A model generated the notes under the pieces. That model ran no database searches, was not told the DNA's origin, and saw only the letters and a program-made list of their open reading frames with translations. The position numbers were made by a program, and so were the translations under genes. Positions 9,996 through 18,609 of a stretch of DNA of 64,000 bases are shown piece by piece; position 1 is the first letter of the stretch, and every line of letters starts with the position of its first letter. Location of the stretch: the IMG/VR virus record IMGVR_UViG_3300037067_008064, positions 252,177 to 316,176 of that record; one strand, written 5' to 3'. The DNA is from a virus. Its lineage: Duplodnaviria; Heunggongvirae; Uroviricota; Caudoviricetes.

Positions 9996-10271
9996 ATGAA
10001 ACTGGAAGATTTTAATAATATTGTATTACGTGATTATCCTAATGGAAGATTCGTGCATCCTATAAATGAAAAAACTTCAAACATAAGATCTTATATTAAA
10101 GCTTATCTTATACAGAAGAAAGATGTTTATTTATATATAGCACACGAGTACTTAAGAGAATTAAATAAAATTCTTAATAGTGATTATTCATTAAATGATA
10201 TAGATGAATTAAAAGATTATACTATTCTTATAAATAAAATAGAATCAATAAATAAACATAATAAAAAATGA
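9996..10271 (+). CDS. Hypothetical protein
   Basis: ORF. Confidence 0.6.
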   Translation: MKLEDFNNIVLRDYPNGRFVHPINEKTSNIRSYIKAYLIQKKDVYLYIAHEYLRELNKILNSDYSLNDIDELKDYTILINKIESINKHNKK

Positions 10272-10807
10272 TTAAAGTTTTTCAAACAATAGTAGATAAA
10301 GATAAAGGTAATTGTGAACAAGCTGTAATTGCATCACTCCTTAATCTTTCTTTAGAGGACGTACCCAATTTTATTGAGTATAGAAAGAGTGGACAATATG
10401 ATAAAACTGTTATGGGATGGCTTCATAAAAAAGGATATTGTGCATGCACTATTGGTAAAGACAGACATGGTGTAAAAAAATTAAAAGAGATTGCTAAATT
10501 TGATGGGGGATTTGATGGATTTTTTTATGCAGTTGTTCCAAGTCAAACATATAAAGATATAACACACGCAGTAGTTGCAGATATAAATTTAAAAATTGTT
10601 CATGACCCCAACCCTAATTTACGAGCATTAAAATTAAAATCTAAAGATATTATTTGTATTATAGTCACAAAGGATATGGTAATTGGTAAAACAGGAAAGT
10701 TGTTTACCAAAGCAGATTGGGATGCAACAAGTGAAGAAGAACGTGATGCTAATACTTATAAACCTATATTTGATATCAATCATAATATAATAGGAACTGA
10801 ATTATGA
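10268..10807 (+). CDS. Papain/C39-like cysteine peptidase fold protein
   Basis: GNCEQAVIASLL ... HAVV ... IVHDPNP gives a Cys-His-Asp triad. Confidence 0.6.
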   Translation: MIKVFQTIVDKDKGNCEQAVIASLLNLSLEDVPNFIEYRKSGQYDKTVMGWLHKKGYCACTIGKDRHGVKKLKEIAKFDGGFDGFFYAVVPSQTYKDITHAVVADINLKIVHDPNPNLRALKLKSKDIICIIVTKDMVIGKTGKLFTKADWDATSEEERDANTYKPIFDINHNIIGTEL

Positions 10808-10896
10808 CAACTAAAAAACAACAAAACTGCAACACAGTTATTTTTGCAATAGTAGTAATTACAATTATAATATTACTTGCTTTAACAGGACATTAA
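10804..10896 (+). CDS. 30-aa single-TM peptide (not in ORF track)
   Basis: MTTKKQQNCNTVIFAIVVITIIILLALTGH; ATGA overlap with the upstream stop. Confidence 0.55.
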   Translation: MTTKKQQNCNTVIFAIVVITIIILLALTGH

Positions 10897-10897
10897 T

Positions 10898-10987
10898 ATG
10901 GGAAGAAATCCATCATATAAGCCAGGTTGTTTTATTGAAGCAAGTATTATAATTACAACAATAATTTTGTTAATTTTTATATTATAA
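10898..10987 (+). CDS. 29-aa single-TM peptide (not in ORF track)
   Basis: MGRNPSYKPGCFIEASIIITTIILLIFIL; starts 1 nt after the previous stop. Confidence 0.55.
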   Translation: MGRNPSYKPGCFIEASIIITTIILLIFIL

Positions 10988-11003
10988 TTATAGAACTAAA
11001 TTT

Positions 11004-11408
11004 ATGAATAAAATTTATTTCGCACACCCTATTAATACGTATAATACAGAATTAGAAAAACACTGTATTAATTTAATAGAAAAGAAATTTCCTGACTGTA
11101 TTATAATTAATCCAAATAGTGAAGATAGAATAAAATTATTTGTTGAGTATAAACAAAATAATCCAGATACTTATATGGATTTCTTTACAACAATAGTAAA
11201 AGAATGTACTCACTTAGTCTTATTACCATTTAGAGATGGAATGATAGGTGCAGGTATTTGGTTAGAAGCTCATGCATTACAAGATATAAATAATATTTTT
11301 GAGATCAATCCGTTTAAAACTAATATAAGATTTATTGAATTAGCTGAAATTGATTTCATGAAATTATCTATAGAGGAAACACGAAGAAGAATTCAAAGAG
11401 AATATTAA
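11004..11408 (+). CDS. Nucleoside 2-deoxyribosyltransferase-like protein
   Basis: KIYFAHP ... IINP ... IGAGIWLE. Confidence 0.65.
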   Translation: MNKIYFAHPINTYNTELEKHCINLIEKKFPDCIIINPNSEDRIKLFVEYKQNNPDTYMDFFTTIVKECTHLVLLPFRDGMIGAGIWLEAHALQDINNIFEINPFKTNIRFIELAEIDFMKLSIEETRRRIQREY

Positions 11409-11409
11409 T

Positions 11410-11577
11410 ATGAAAATATTAACTAAAGGTACACCACCACAAGATAAACCTCAGAAAAGAAATTGCAACATCTGTGATTCACTACTTGAATATACTAAAG
11501 AAGATATAAGGCATGAAGAATGGAATGGCAGTACGTATATAATATGCCCAGTGTGTCAGCATCGTTTGGCAGTATAA
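11410..11577 (+). CDS. 55-aa zinc-ribbon protein (not in ORF track)
   Basis: CNICDS ... CPVCQ. Confidence 0.65.
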   Translation: MKILTKGTPPQDKPQKRNCNICDSLLEYTKEDIRHEEWNGSTYIICPVCQHRLAV

Positions 11578-11646
11578 AATAATAAACTTTAATTTTCTTT
11601 AACAATTATTTTAATAATATTATAAGTATAATGATTATATTAAATT

Positions 11647-12159
11647 ATGAAAGCTTATACTAAAAATAGGTGTAATGAAGAAAATGATTATGAAAGATTA
11701 GCACATCAATTATCTGTATTAAATCAGATAAAAGAATGGGTAATTTTATCTGGTGGTTGGGCATGGCATTTTATGTCTCCTCCACATAAAGAATATAAAC
11801 ATCTCCATGATCATAAAGACATTGATATTTTTGTAGAGCCTAATAATATTAATAAAGTTATTTTAAAATTAAAAGAACTTGGCTTTAACAGAATAAAAAC
11901 TAAATACGATAATAATACATTTATTCGTTATGAGAATATTATAAATGACAGAAAAATTGTAATTGATATGTTCTTTAAGGAAGTGCCTAGTATTATTTGT
12001 AATGAGTGGAAGGTAGTTGAACCAAGTTATTTATTATCGTTATATGATTCTATTCATCAAACAAAACATTGTGTGGCTGTAATAGAATCTAATAAATTAA
12101 TTAAAAAAGGAATTGACCCCTGTAATAAAAAAGAATTAATCAATTTATCTATATTATAA
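11647..12159 (+). CDS. Pol-beta superfamily nucleotidyltransferase (Lnu/aminoglycoside-NTase-like)
   Basis: LSGGWAW ... HKDIDIFV ... IDMF. Confidence 0.75.
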   Translation: MKAYTKNRCNEENDYERLAHQLSVLNQIKEWVILSGGWAWHFMSPPHKEYKHLHDHKDIDIFVEPNNINKVILKLKELGFNRIKTKYDNNTFIRYENIINDRKIVIDMFFKEVPSIICNEWKVVEPSYLLSLYDSIHQTKHCVAVIESNKLIKKGIDPCNKKELINLSIL

Positions 12160-12169
12160 AATTAAAAGA

Positions 12170-12517
12170 ATGTGTTTTACTATTAATGACAGGTTATGTG
12201 CAAAACCTTTAATTGCACAGGAAGATATTATTTGTTATAAAGACATACAAGATACTATGTCATCCGAATATAATAAATTTATCTATAAGTTTAACAAAGT
12301 ATATAGAATTTGGTTTTGGAAATTAAAGATTATGCAAGACCAAAAGAAAGAGCATGACACTCGTGGTATTTACCGTGGTTTTCATTCTTGGAAAGTACGT
12401 GGTAATCAAAGATGGAATTTAATTAAAGTACAATGCATCATACCTAAAGGTGCACGATATTATTTTAGTGAAACCCAATATGTAAGTAACAGAATTATAA
12501 TCAAAGAAAAAGTTTAA
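12170..12517 (+). CDS. MCF/GFHS array paralogue 1 (ART-like)
   Basis: MCF ... CYK ... GFHSW ... CIIPKG ... QYVSN.IIIKE. Confidence 0.85.
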   Translation: MCFTINDRLCAKPLIAQEDIICYKDIQDTMSSEYNKFIYKFNKVYRIWFWKLKIMQDQKKEHDTRGIYRGFHSWKVRGNQRWNLIKVQCIIPKGARYYFSETQYVSNRIIIKEKV

Positions 12518-12521
12518 AGCT

Positions 12522-12887
12522 ATGTGTTTTGTAGTTGAATACACCCACCCCGAATCTTTTATAGCTAAAGAAGATATTACATGCTATAAAGTAGTAAATT
12601 ATCGTGAAGAAAAAATAGTATCTGAATATAAGAAATTTGTCTATGATATAGATAAACTCTATAAATTAGATGAGCCATTAAAAGAAATTAATGGTCAAAT
12701 AGAAAAAGGATTTCATTCTTATACTAAATTAAGAATAGCAGTTGGTGATAAAACCGACTATCAAATAGTTATTAAGTGTATCATACCTAAAGGGTCTGTA
12801 TATTTTATCAGTGATTACTATGAAGAGTATGTTGCTGATGCTATTATCATTAAAGAAATTTTAGTAAACAAAACTGAAGAAGAATAA
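12522..12887 (+). CDS. MCF/GFHS array paralogue 2
   Basis: Same motifs. Confidence 0.85.
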   Translation: MCFVVEYTHPESFIAKEDITCYKVVNYREEKIVSEYKKFVYDIDKLYKLDEPLKEINGQIEKGFHSYTKLRIAVGDKTDYQIVIKCIIPKGSVYFISDYYEEYVADAIIIKEILVNKTEEE

Positions 12888-12888
12888 T

Positions 12889-13281
12889 ATGTGTTTTATA
12901 GTAGATGAAAAAAATCCATATAAATTAATAGCAGAAGAAGATAGAGTATGCTATAAAGTTTTAAGAAATGATATAGGCAAAATGGTGTCTCCCTTTAAGA
13001 ACTTTGAATATCAACTTAATGAATTAAATATATTAAGTGAACCATTAAGAATTACACACGCTGAATTTGATAATATAATTGCTGTTGGTTTTCATTCTTA
13101 TACTAAACTAAGAGAAGCTGTATTAAATAGTCATCATGAAAGTCTTATAGTAAAATGCATAATACCTAAAGGCGCTGAATTTTTCATAGATAATTACTAT
13201 GAAGAATATGTAAGCAACCAAATTATAATTAAAGAAGTGCTTACTCAAGTAAATAGAACAAAATCACTTAAAGAATATTAA
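12889..13281 (+). CDS. MCF/GFHS array paralogue 3
   Basis: Same motifs. Confidence 0.85.
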   Translation: MCFIVDEKNPYKLIAEEDRVCYKVLRNDIGKMVSPFKNFEYQLNELNILSEPLRITHAEFDNIIAVGFHSYTKLREAVLNSHHESLIVKCIIPKGAEFFIDNYYEEYVSNQIIIKEVLTQVNRTKSLKEY

Positions 13282-13290
13282 AATAATATT

Positions 13291-13662
13291 ATGTGTTTCA
13301 TTATAGATAAAAAGAATCCTGAATCTAAAATAGCAGATAAAGATATTACATGTTATAAGATTATGTGAAACCAAGAAGATATGATAGTATCGGTTGTACA
13401 GCTTTTCACATATAAATTTAATGAATTATATAAGATTAAATTCTGGAAACCAAGAACATCTTTATATAGAAATAGTTGTTTAAGATCAATTAATCTTGGA
13501 TTTCATTCTTATACAAAATTAAATGAAGCAGAGAAACATACAGCTCCCAGCTTTGATATTGTTAAATGTATAATACCAAAGGGTGCACGATATTATGTGA
13601 ATGATGATTATAATCAATATGTAAGTAACCAAATAATAATAAAAGAAATATGTGTTTTTTAG
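13291..13662 (+). pseudogene. MCF/GFHS array paralogue 4 with in-frame TGA at 13366-13368
   Basis: ATG 13291 gives MCFIIDKKNPESKIADKDITCYKIM*NQEDMIVS..., in frame with the 13381 ORF. Confidence 0.85.
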
Positions 13663-14015
13663 TAGATACTAACAACCCAAATGTTCTTATAGCAGCAGAA
13701 GATATTAGTTGTTATAAAGTAGTAAGTCAAAATAAGAAAAAAGAATTAATATCAGAATACAGATATTTTTTATATCATATCGATACTTTATATAAATTAG
13801 ATAAGCCTTTAAAAATACGTGTTTGTAGTATAGAAGAAGGGTATCATTCTTTTACTAAACTGCGTGCAGTAAAAGATAATAAACGTGATGATCAAATTAT
13901 AATTAAATGTATAATACCACAAGGTTCAGAATATTTTTTAAGTAATGAATATGAAGAATATGTAAGTACTGCTTTAATAGTTAAAGAAATTTTAATAAAC
14001 AAAAATAAAGAATAA
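13650..14015 (+). CDS. MCF/GFHS array paralogue 5
   Basis: Same motifs. Confidence 0.85.
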   Translation: MCFLVDTNNPNVLIAAEDISCYKVVSQNKKKELISEYRYFLYHIDTLYKLDKPLKIRVCSIEEGYHSFTKLRAVKDNKRDDQIIIKCIIPQGSEYFLSNEYEEYVSTALIVKEILINKNKE

Positions 14016-14016
14016 T

Positions 14017-14385
14017 ATGTGTTTTGTAATAGATGATGATCGCCCAGATGAAATTATAGCAATAGAAGATATTGTATGTTATAAGTTTATGGATTACTAT
14101 GATAATGTTTTAAGGTCTCCATATAGAGATTATAAATATGAATTTAATCAAGAATATATTTTAAATGATTATTTACGAAATGAATACGAAAGAATAAATG
14201 AAGGCTATCACTCATATACTAAATTAAGAGTGTGCAAAGATGAAGCTAATATAAAACATACTATTGTTAGATGTATTATACCAAAAGGCTCTCGTTATTA
14301 CATTAATAATTTTGATAATCAATATGTAAGTGATCATATTATAATAAAAGAAATTATAAGAAATAAAGATATTCAATATCAATAA
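14017..14385 (+). CDS. MCF/GFHS array paralogue 6
   Basis: Same motifs. Confidence 0.85.
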   Translation: MCFVIDDDRPDEIIAIEDIVCYKFMDYYDNVLRSPYRDYKYEFNQEYILNDYLRNEYERINEGYHSYTKLRVCKDEANIKHTIVRCIIPKGSRYYINNFDNQYVSDHIIIKEIIRNKDIQYQ

Positions 14386-14395
14386 AATAAAAGAT

Positions 14396-14767
14396 ATGTG
14401 TTTTGCATTAGATGAAAATCACCATAACGTTCTTATAGCTAATAAAGATATAGTATGCTATAAATTTTTAGATGTAGATGGAGATAGAATAGTATCTCCA
14501 TATAGAAAATTTATATATAATTTTAATGAAACCTATTCTACTTATCATTCATTAAAAGTAATAAATGATAATGTACACGAAGGCTATCATTCATATACCA
14601 AATTAAAAATAGTTGTTAGGCAAGCTTGCAATAGAAACATAATCGTTAGATGTATTATACCCAAAGGGTCTGAATATTATATTAATGACTATGACGAAGA
14701 ATATGTGAGCAATAATATTATCATAAAAGAAATTGTTAATCCCGATGAAATAATATGTCTGTACTAG
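14396..14767 (+). CDS. MCF/GFHS array paralogue 7
   Basis: Same motifs. Confidence 0.85.
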   Translation: MCFALDENHHNVLIANKDIVCYKFLDVDGDRIVSPYRKFIYNFNETYSTYHSLKVINDNVHEGYHSYTKLKIVVRQACNRNIIVRCIIPKGSEYYINDYDEEYVSNNIIIKEIVNPDEIICLY

Positions 14768-15120
14768 AAAAAGATAAACCAATATTGCTTGGTGAAATAC
14801 CGTTTCATGATGTATGGGTAAAAGTATATCATGGCCCAAATGAAGATGAACACTCTCTTCCGGGTAGTATGATGTGTGCTTGGAGTGTAAGAAACCCTGA
14901 TGCATTTTATAAAGGGTATTGTTGGATGGATAACTCAACAGGACAAATAACTTATCCTGAAGGAGCAATAATACCTGTAGCAACTAAAGAAGATAGAGAA
15001 ATGCTGCCTAAAGTATTAGTTACTTATTGCACTGAAATTACAGAAGATTTTATTAATCATGTGAGTGTGTATTTAGAAAAAGAGTATTTAAGAAGGAATC
15101 ACCGAGTAAATATAGAATAA
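14755..15120 (+). CDS. Hypothetical protein
   Basis: ORF. Confidence 0.65.
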   Translation: MSVLEKDKPILLGEIPFHDVWVKVYHGPNEDEHSLPGSMMCAWSVRNPDAFYKGYCWMDNSTGQITYPEGAIIPVATKEDREMLPKVLVTYCTEITEDFINHVSVYLEKEYLRRNHRVNIE

Positions 15121-15124
15121 AAGA

Positions 15125-15168
15125 TTCGTGAATTAAAAATAAATTCCCCGCGACAAAACTCCCGCGGG
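15125..15168. repeat. Hairpin element copy A
   Basis: ttcgtgaat-N13-cccgcgacaaaactcccgcggg. Confidence 0.75.
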
Positions 15169-15179
15169 ACTGGAATGAA

Positions 15180-15192
15180 GAATATATAAATA
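15180..15192 (+). promoter_or_regulatory. Putative late promoter motif (GAATATATAAATA)
   Basis: Contains the T4 late consensus TATAAATA; the motif recurs before several transcription units. Confidence 0.6.
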
Positions 15193-15210
15193 AAAATAAC
15201 AATATGAAAG

Positions 15211-15651
15211 ATGATCCGTCTAGAGAAGTTTGCATTAAAAACTACCAAATGGATTGGCTCAATAGAGTCATTAATCATCCATACTGTTTTATTTATAATA
15301 TCTTTACTCCTATATCTATTTGGAGCTGACTTTACAAGAGTACTTTTAGTATTAACTACTATAGTTTCTCTTGAAGCTATCTATCTAAGTATCTTTATTC
15401 AAATGTCTGTCAATCACCAATCCAAAGCACTTGAAAATGTAACTGAAGATGTAGGTGAAATATCTAATAATGTTGAAGGTATTGTTGAAGACGTAGGTGA
15501 ACTACAAAAAGATGTAGATGAATTACAAGAATCTATTAATGACGATGAAGAAGACAGTGAAGATAAATCTATTAAGAAGATAGAAGATGTAGTTGAATCT
15601 TTATTAAAAGAAATAAAAAACTTTGAAACAAAGCTCAAAGCCAAAAAGTAA
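15211..15651 (+). CDS. DUF1003-like membrane protein with acidic coiled-coil tail
   Basis: WIGS ... H ... LTTIVSLEAIYLSIFIQMSVN; EDVGEL heptads. Confidence 0.7.
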   Translation: MIRLEKFALKTTKWIGSIESLIIHTVLFIISLLLYLFGADFTRVLLVLTTIVSLEAIYLSIFIQMSVNHQSKALENVTEDVGEISNNVEGIVEDVGELQKDVDELQESINDDEEDSEDKSIKKIEDVVESLLKEIKNFETKLKAKK

Positions 15652-15683
15652 ATCAACCGGTTTACTTTAAATCAGTATTTAAT

Positions 15684-15727
15684 TTCGTGAATAATTTAAG
15701 AATGCTCTGCGACGAAAGTCCCGCAGT
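15684..15727. repeat. Hairpin element copy B
   Basis: ttcgtgaat-N13-tctgcgacgaaagtcccgcagt. Confidence 0.75.
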
Positions 15728-16105
15728 AGACGAACTCACTTGTGTATATTTTTTGGAATGTAAATTACTTAAACTGTATTTTCTGAGAAGAGACAACAAA
15801 AATAAAATCCTACATTAAAACTAATACAGGTAATTTACTTTAAAGATAATTATAAGATTTAAGTAACTTAGATCTTTAGCTTATAAATAATGTAAGTGAA
15901 TTAGTTCTTAGGTAGATAGATGATTTAAGATTATAGTAACTCCTCTATAGATATTAGCCAACTTTAATGATATCGTATTGTCAGTCAATTTAGTATTCAA
16001 TAATTTTAGATAATCAGTAATTAAGAATTCAGTATATCAGATTTTATATATTCATTTTTCTCTGTGATAACTTAAAATATTAATTAACCAATTAATATCT
16101 AATAT

Positions 16106-16221
16106 AATAAACCTATTTTTGTACAATAAACTGATTAGGTTTATTGGCCTCTTTTTAGTTTATTGTCTTTATAATTAAGACATTAATCAAGACATCATGT
16201 CCTAATTAATGTCCTAATTAT
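16106..16221. repeat. Two quartets of inverted iteron-like repeats (AATAAAC; TAATTAGGACAT)
   Basis: Inverted pairs 16106-16115/16136-16145 and 16123-16132/16157-16166; 51-bp imperfect palindrome 16171-16221. Confidence 0.75.
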
Positions 16222-16246
16222 CTAGACACCTATATCTAAGTTCGAA

Positions 16247-16258
16247 GATATATAAATA
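16247..16258 (+). promoter_or_regulatory. Putative late promoter (GATATATAAATA) of the baseplate operon
   Basis: TATAAATA core just upstream of ATG 16272. Confidence 0.65.
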
Positions 16259-16271
16259 AAATAAAGTTTGT

Positions 16272-18593
16272 ATGGATACTTTAAGTTACGACAACTATAT
16301 TCAAAGTGTTAATTCAGTTAAATCATTTAGAGCATCAATGTCTCAATTGTATTGGGAACAAACCGATGGTCAAAGCAATGTAACTGATTTTTCTAATTGG
16401 TCTGGATTTGATGCAACCGCCGCTGAAAAGCTTTGGAATAATAATGATAAGACATTCCTTACTAATAAATATAATGAAGCTATTAACTCAAGAGCAGACG
16501 GTGTTGTTACTGCTCCTTTACCTTTTGGCAATACACAAAATATTAATATAACTTCTTCACAGCCTAGTTCACCTGCATCTCAAGAACCAGATCCTTTAAG
16601 AGAACCTTCATCTCCATTTGATATTAGATTGTCCAGATTAATGATTGATATTCCTGATGGGGGTGCTTTAATAAATGCTAATGTATCTGTTCAAATGCCG
16701 TATTATGGAACTACAACTGCAACCAGTGGTTATTTAATTTCTGATGAAGCATTACAACAATTAAATACGAATGAACAGGCTAAGTCTACATTAAATAAAG
16801 AAGGTAAGACAGTTCAAAATGCAAGAGATGAAGTAAGAGCTGAACGTAATAATTTAATAAATGATCCTGCTGATATTTATAAAGGCACGCCTGCATTGAT
16901 GAACACATATGCACTAACTAAATTATATGGTTCAAATGGCGGGCAGTATCTAATCAATCAGAAAGGTAAAAGAAAGTGGTATGAAATTGGAGATGCTGAT
17001 AAATTATCTTATGCAATGAATCCTACTACCTCATCCATTATCTTATGGGGTAATGAAGACCCTTATGGCAGACTTCCATTTCATTTCAGTGACTTTGCAT
17101 TCTGTAAACACTGGACTAAGATAGCTAATAATAGATTATTAGTATTAAGAAGATATCCTGCACCTATATTAGATAATTTAAATTTTATCGGTATGGACGG
17201 TGATGACCCTAATTCAACAACTGCAACTCTATCATTACCGCCTATGGCAACTGCTATTGGTTATTTTGGAGATGGTACTGATAATGATTTTACAAAGATA
17301 TTAAAGTTTACTACAGGTATGAATTGGGATGAAGCAAAAGCTGATATATGGAAAGTTACATCAACTGCCACTCCTGATAATGAAGCCGGTCCTGCTGGCT
17401 TACCTATGTTAAAGATGTTTGGTGGTATAGGTGGTATTGCAAAAACATTAAGTGTTGGTGCAGGTACTAATAATAACAATGCTGTTTTAAATAAAGGCAA
17501 TATACCACCTGACCCTTATACTGATGGTCCTTATGAAAACAGAATCTTAGGTCCTGTCAATAGAATAAATACAGTTAAAAAGCGTGCACCTGGATTAAAA
17601 TTTGAAATGGGCGGTTTAGATATTAAATTTACTTACGAAGCTAGACCTATGGGCGGTATTAATACAAAGGCCGTTATACTAGATATACTATCTAATTTTT
17701 TAGTGATGGGGTCTGCAAGAGCGACGTTCTTTGGTGGGCAACACAGGTTTATGAGTAAGCCAATTAAATACCCATTTGCAGGTGGAGCAGAAGGAATGAA
17801 AGCGTGGTATAGTGGTAACCCATTAAAGTGGGGTCAAAGTGCTGTAAGCCAGTTTTCTAATCAAGGCTCTACTGTTTTAAGCGGTATTATGGATATGTTT
17901 AAGAATATACTCGGCCAAATAACAGGTGGTGGTGGATTTGAAGGTATAATGAAAACCGTGTTTGATAAAAATTCGGTGAGCGGACGTATGATACAGAACT
18001 ATGCTGCTGAAAAATCATCAGGTGAAATACCATATCTCCAAGGGTTTAAAGCATTATTAACTGGGGAACCAGTGGGCGAATGGCATTTAACTGTTGGAAA
18101 TCCATTCAATCCTATGGCAATGATTGGTAACCTTATATGTACGGGTGTTGAAGTAGAGTGGGGCAATGAACTTGGACCGGATGACTTCCCTTTGGAAATA
18201 ACCTTTACTGTTAAGTTAGAGCACGGTATGCCAAGAGATGCAGATGCTATATCATCTATGTTTAATAGAGGTATGGGTAGAATATATGATTTGCCAGATG
18301 ACTTCAAAGGTTCAGCTGACTATCAAACGACTGTGGATAAATACACACAACAAAAGAATGTCACAGGTAATAATCCAACACCTTATGCTGTTATGGGTTA
18401 TGCTGAATATGGTGGCTTTGGAAAACAACAACTCTCTTCAGTTGTTAATAGTGCTGTTGGACCAAGTGTATGGTCTCCAGTAAAAGTATACTCAATATCT
18501 CCTACTGTTGGTTTGGAAATTAGTAAAGATAACAATGCATATAGAAGTTCATTCAGGAAACTAGATTGGATAAAGAAGAGAGCATTATCATAA
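16272..18593 (+). CDS. Putative baseplate/tail structural protein
   Basis: First gene of the structural operon; C-terminal GEWHLTVGNP ... GNLIC ... LGPDDFP ... VKLEH resembles tube-initiator-type domains. Confidence 0.6.
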   Translation: MDTLSYDNYIQSVNSVKSFRASMSQLYWEQTDGQSNVTDFSNWSGFDATAAEKLWNNNDKTFLTNKYNEAINSRADGVVTAPLPFGNTQNINITSSQPSSPASQEPDPLREPSSPFDIRLSRLMIDIPDGGALINANVSVQMPYYGTTTATSGYLISDEALQQLNTNEQAKSTLNKEGKTVQNARDEVRAERNNLINDPADIYKGTPALMNTYALTKLYGSNGGQYLINQKGKRKWYEIGDADKLSYAMNPTTSSIILWGNEDPYGRLPFHFSDFAFCKHWTKIANNRLLVLRRYPAPILDNLNFIGMDGDDPNSTTATLSLPPMATAIGYFGDGTDNDFTKILKFTTGMNWDEAKADIWKVTSTATPDNEAGPAGLPMLKMFGGIGGIAKTLSVGAGTNNNNAVLNKGNIPPDPYTDGPYENRILGPVNRINTVKKRAPGLKFEMGGLDIKFTYEARPMGGINTKAVILDILSNFLVMGSARATFFGGQHRFMSKPIKYPFAGGAEGMKAWYSGNPLKWGQSAVSQFSNQGSTVLSGIMDMFKNILGQITGGGGFEGIMKTVFDKNSVSGRMIQNYAAEKSSGEIPYLQGFKALLTGEPVGEWHLTVGNPFNPMAMIGNLICTGVEVEWGNELGPDDFPLEITFTVKLEHGMPRDADAISSMFNRGMGRIYDLPDDFKGSADYQTTVDKYTQQKNVTGNNPTPYAVMGYAEYGGFGKQQLSSVVNSAVGPSVWSPVKVYSISPTVGLEISKDNNAYRSSFRKLDWIKKRALS

Positions 18594-18609
18594 AAATAAT
18601 TATAGACAT

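Noticed and set aside
13366-13368. Genome-wide TGA recoding
   Set aside because: TGA and TAG serve as real stops elsewhere (e.g. 6091, 10807, 26813), and long genes are uninterrupted under code 11. This is an isolated case.
12170-14767. Diversity-generating retroelement or integron cassette array
   Set aside because: No reverse transcriptase or integrase in the window, no near-identical TR/VR pair with adenine-specific differences, and no attC-like spacers because the genes abut
15684-15740. Hammerhead ribozyme or tRNA
   Set aside because: GACGAAAGTC is present, but there is no CUGAnGA core or cloverleaf
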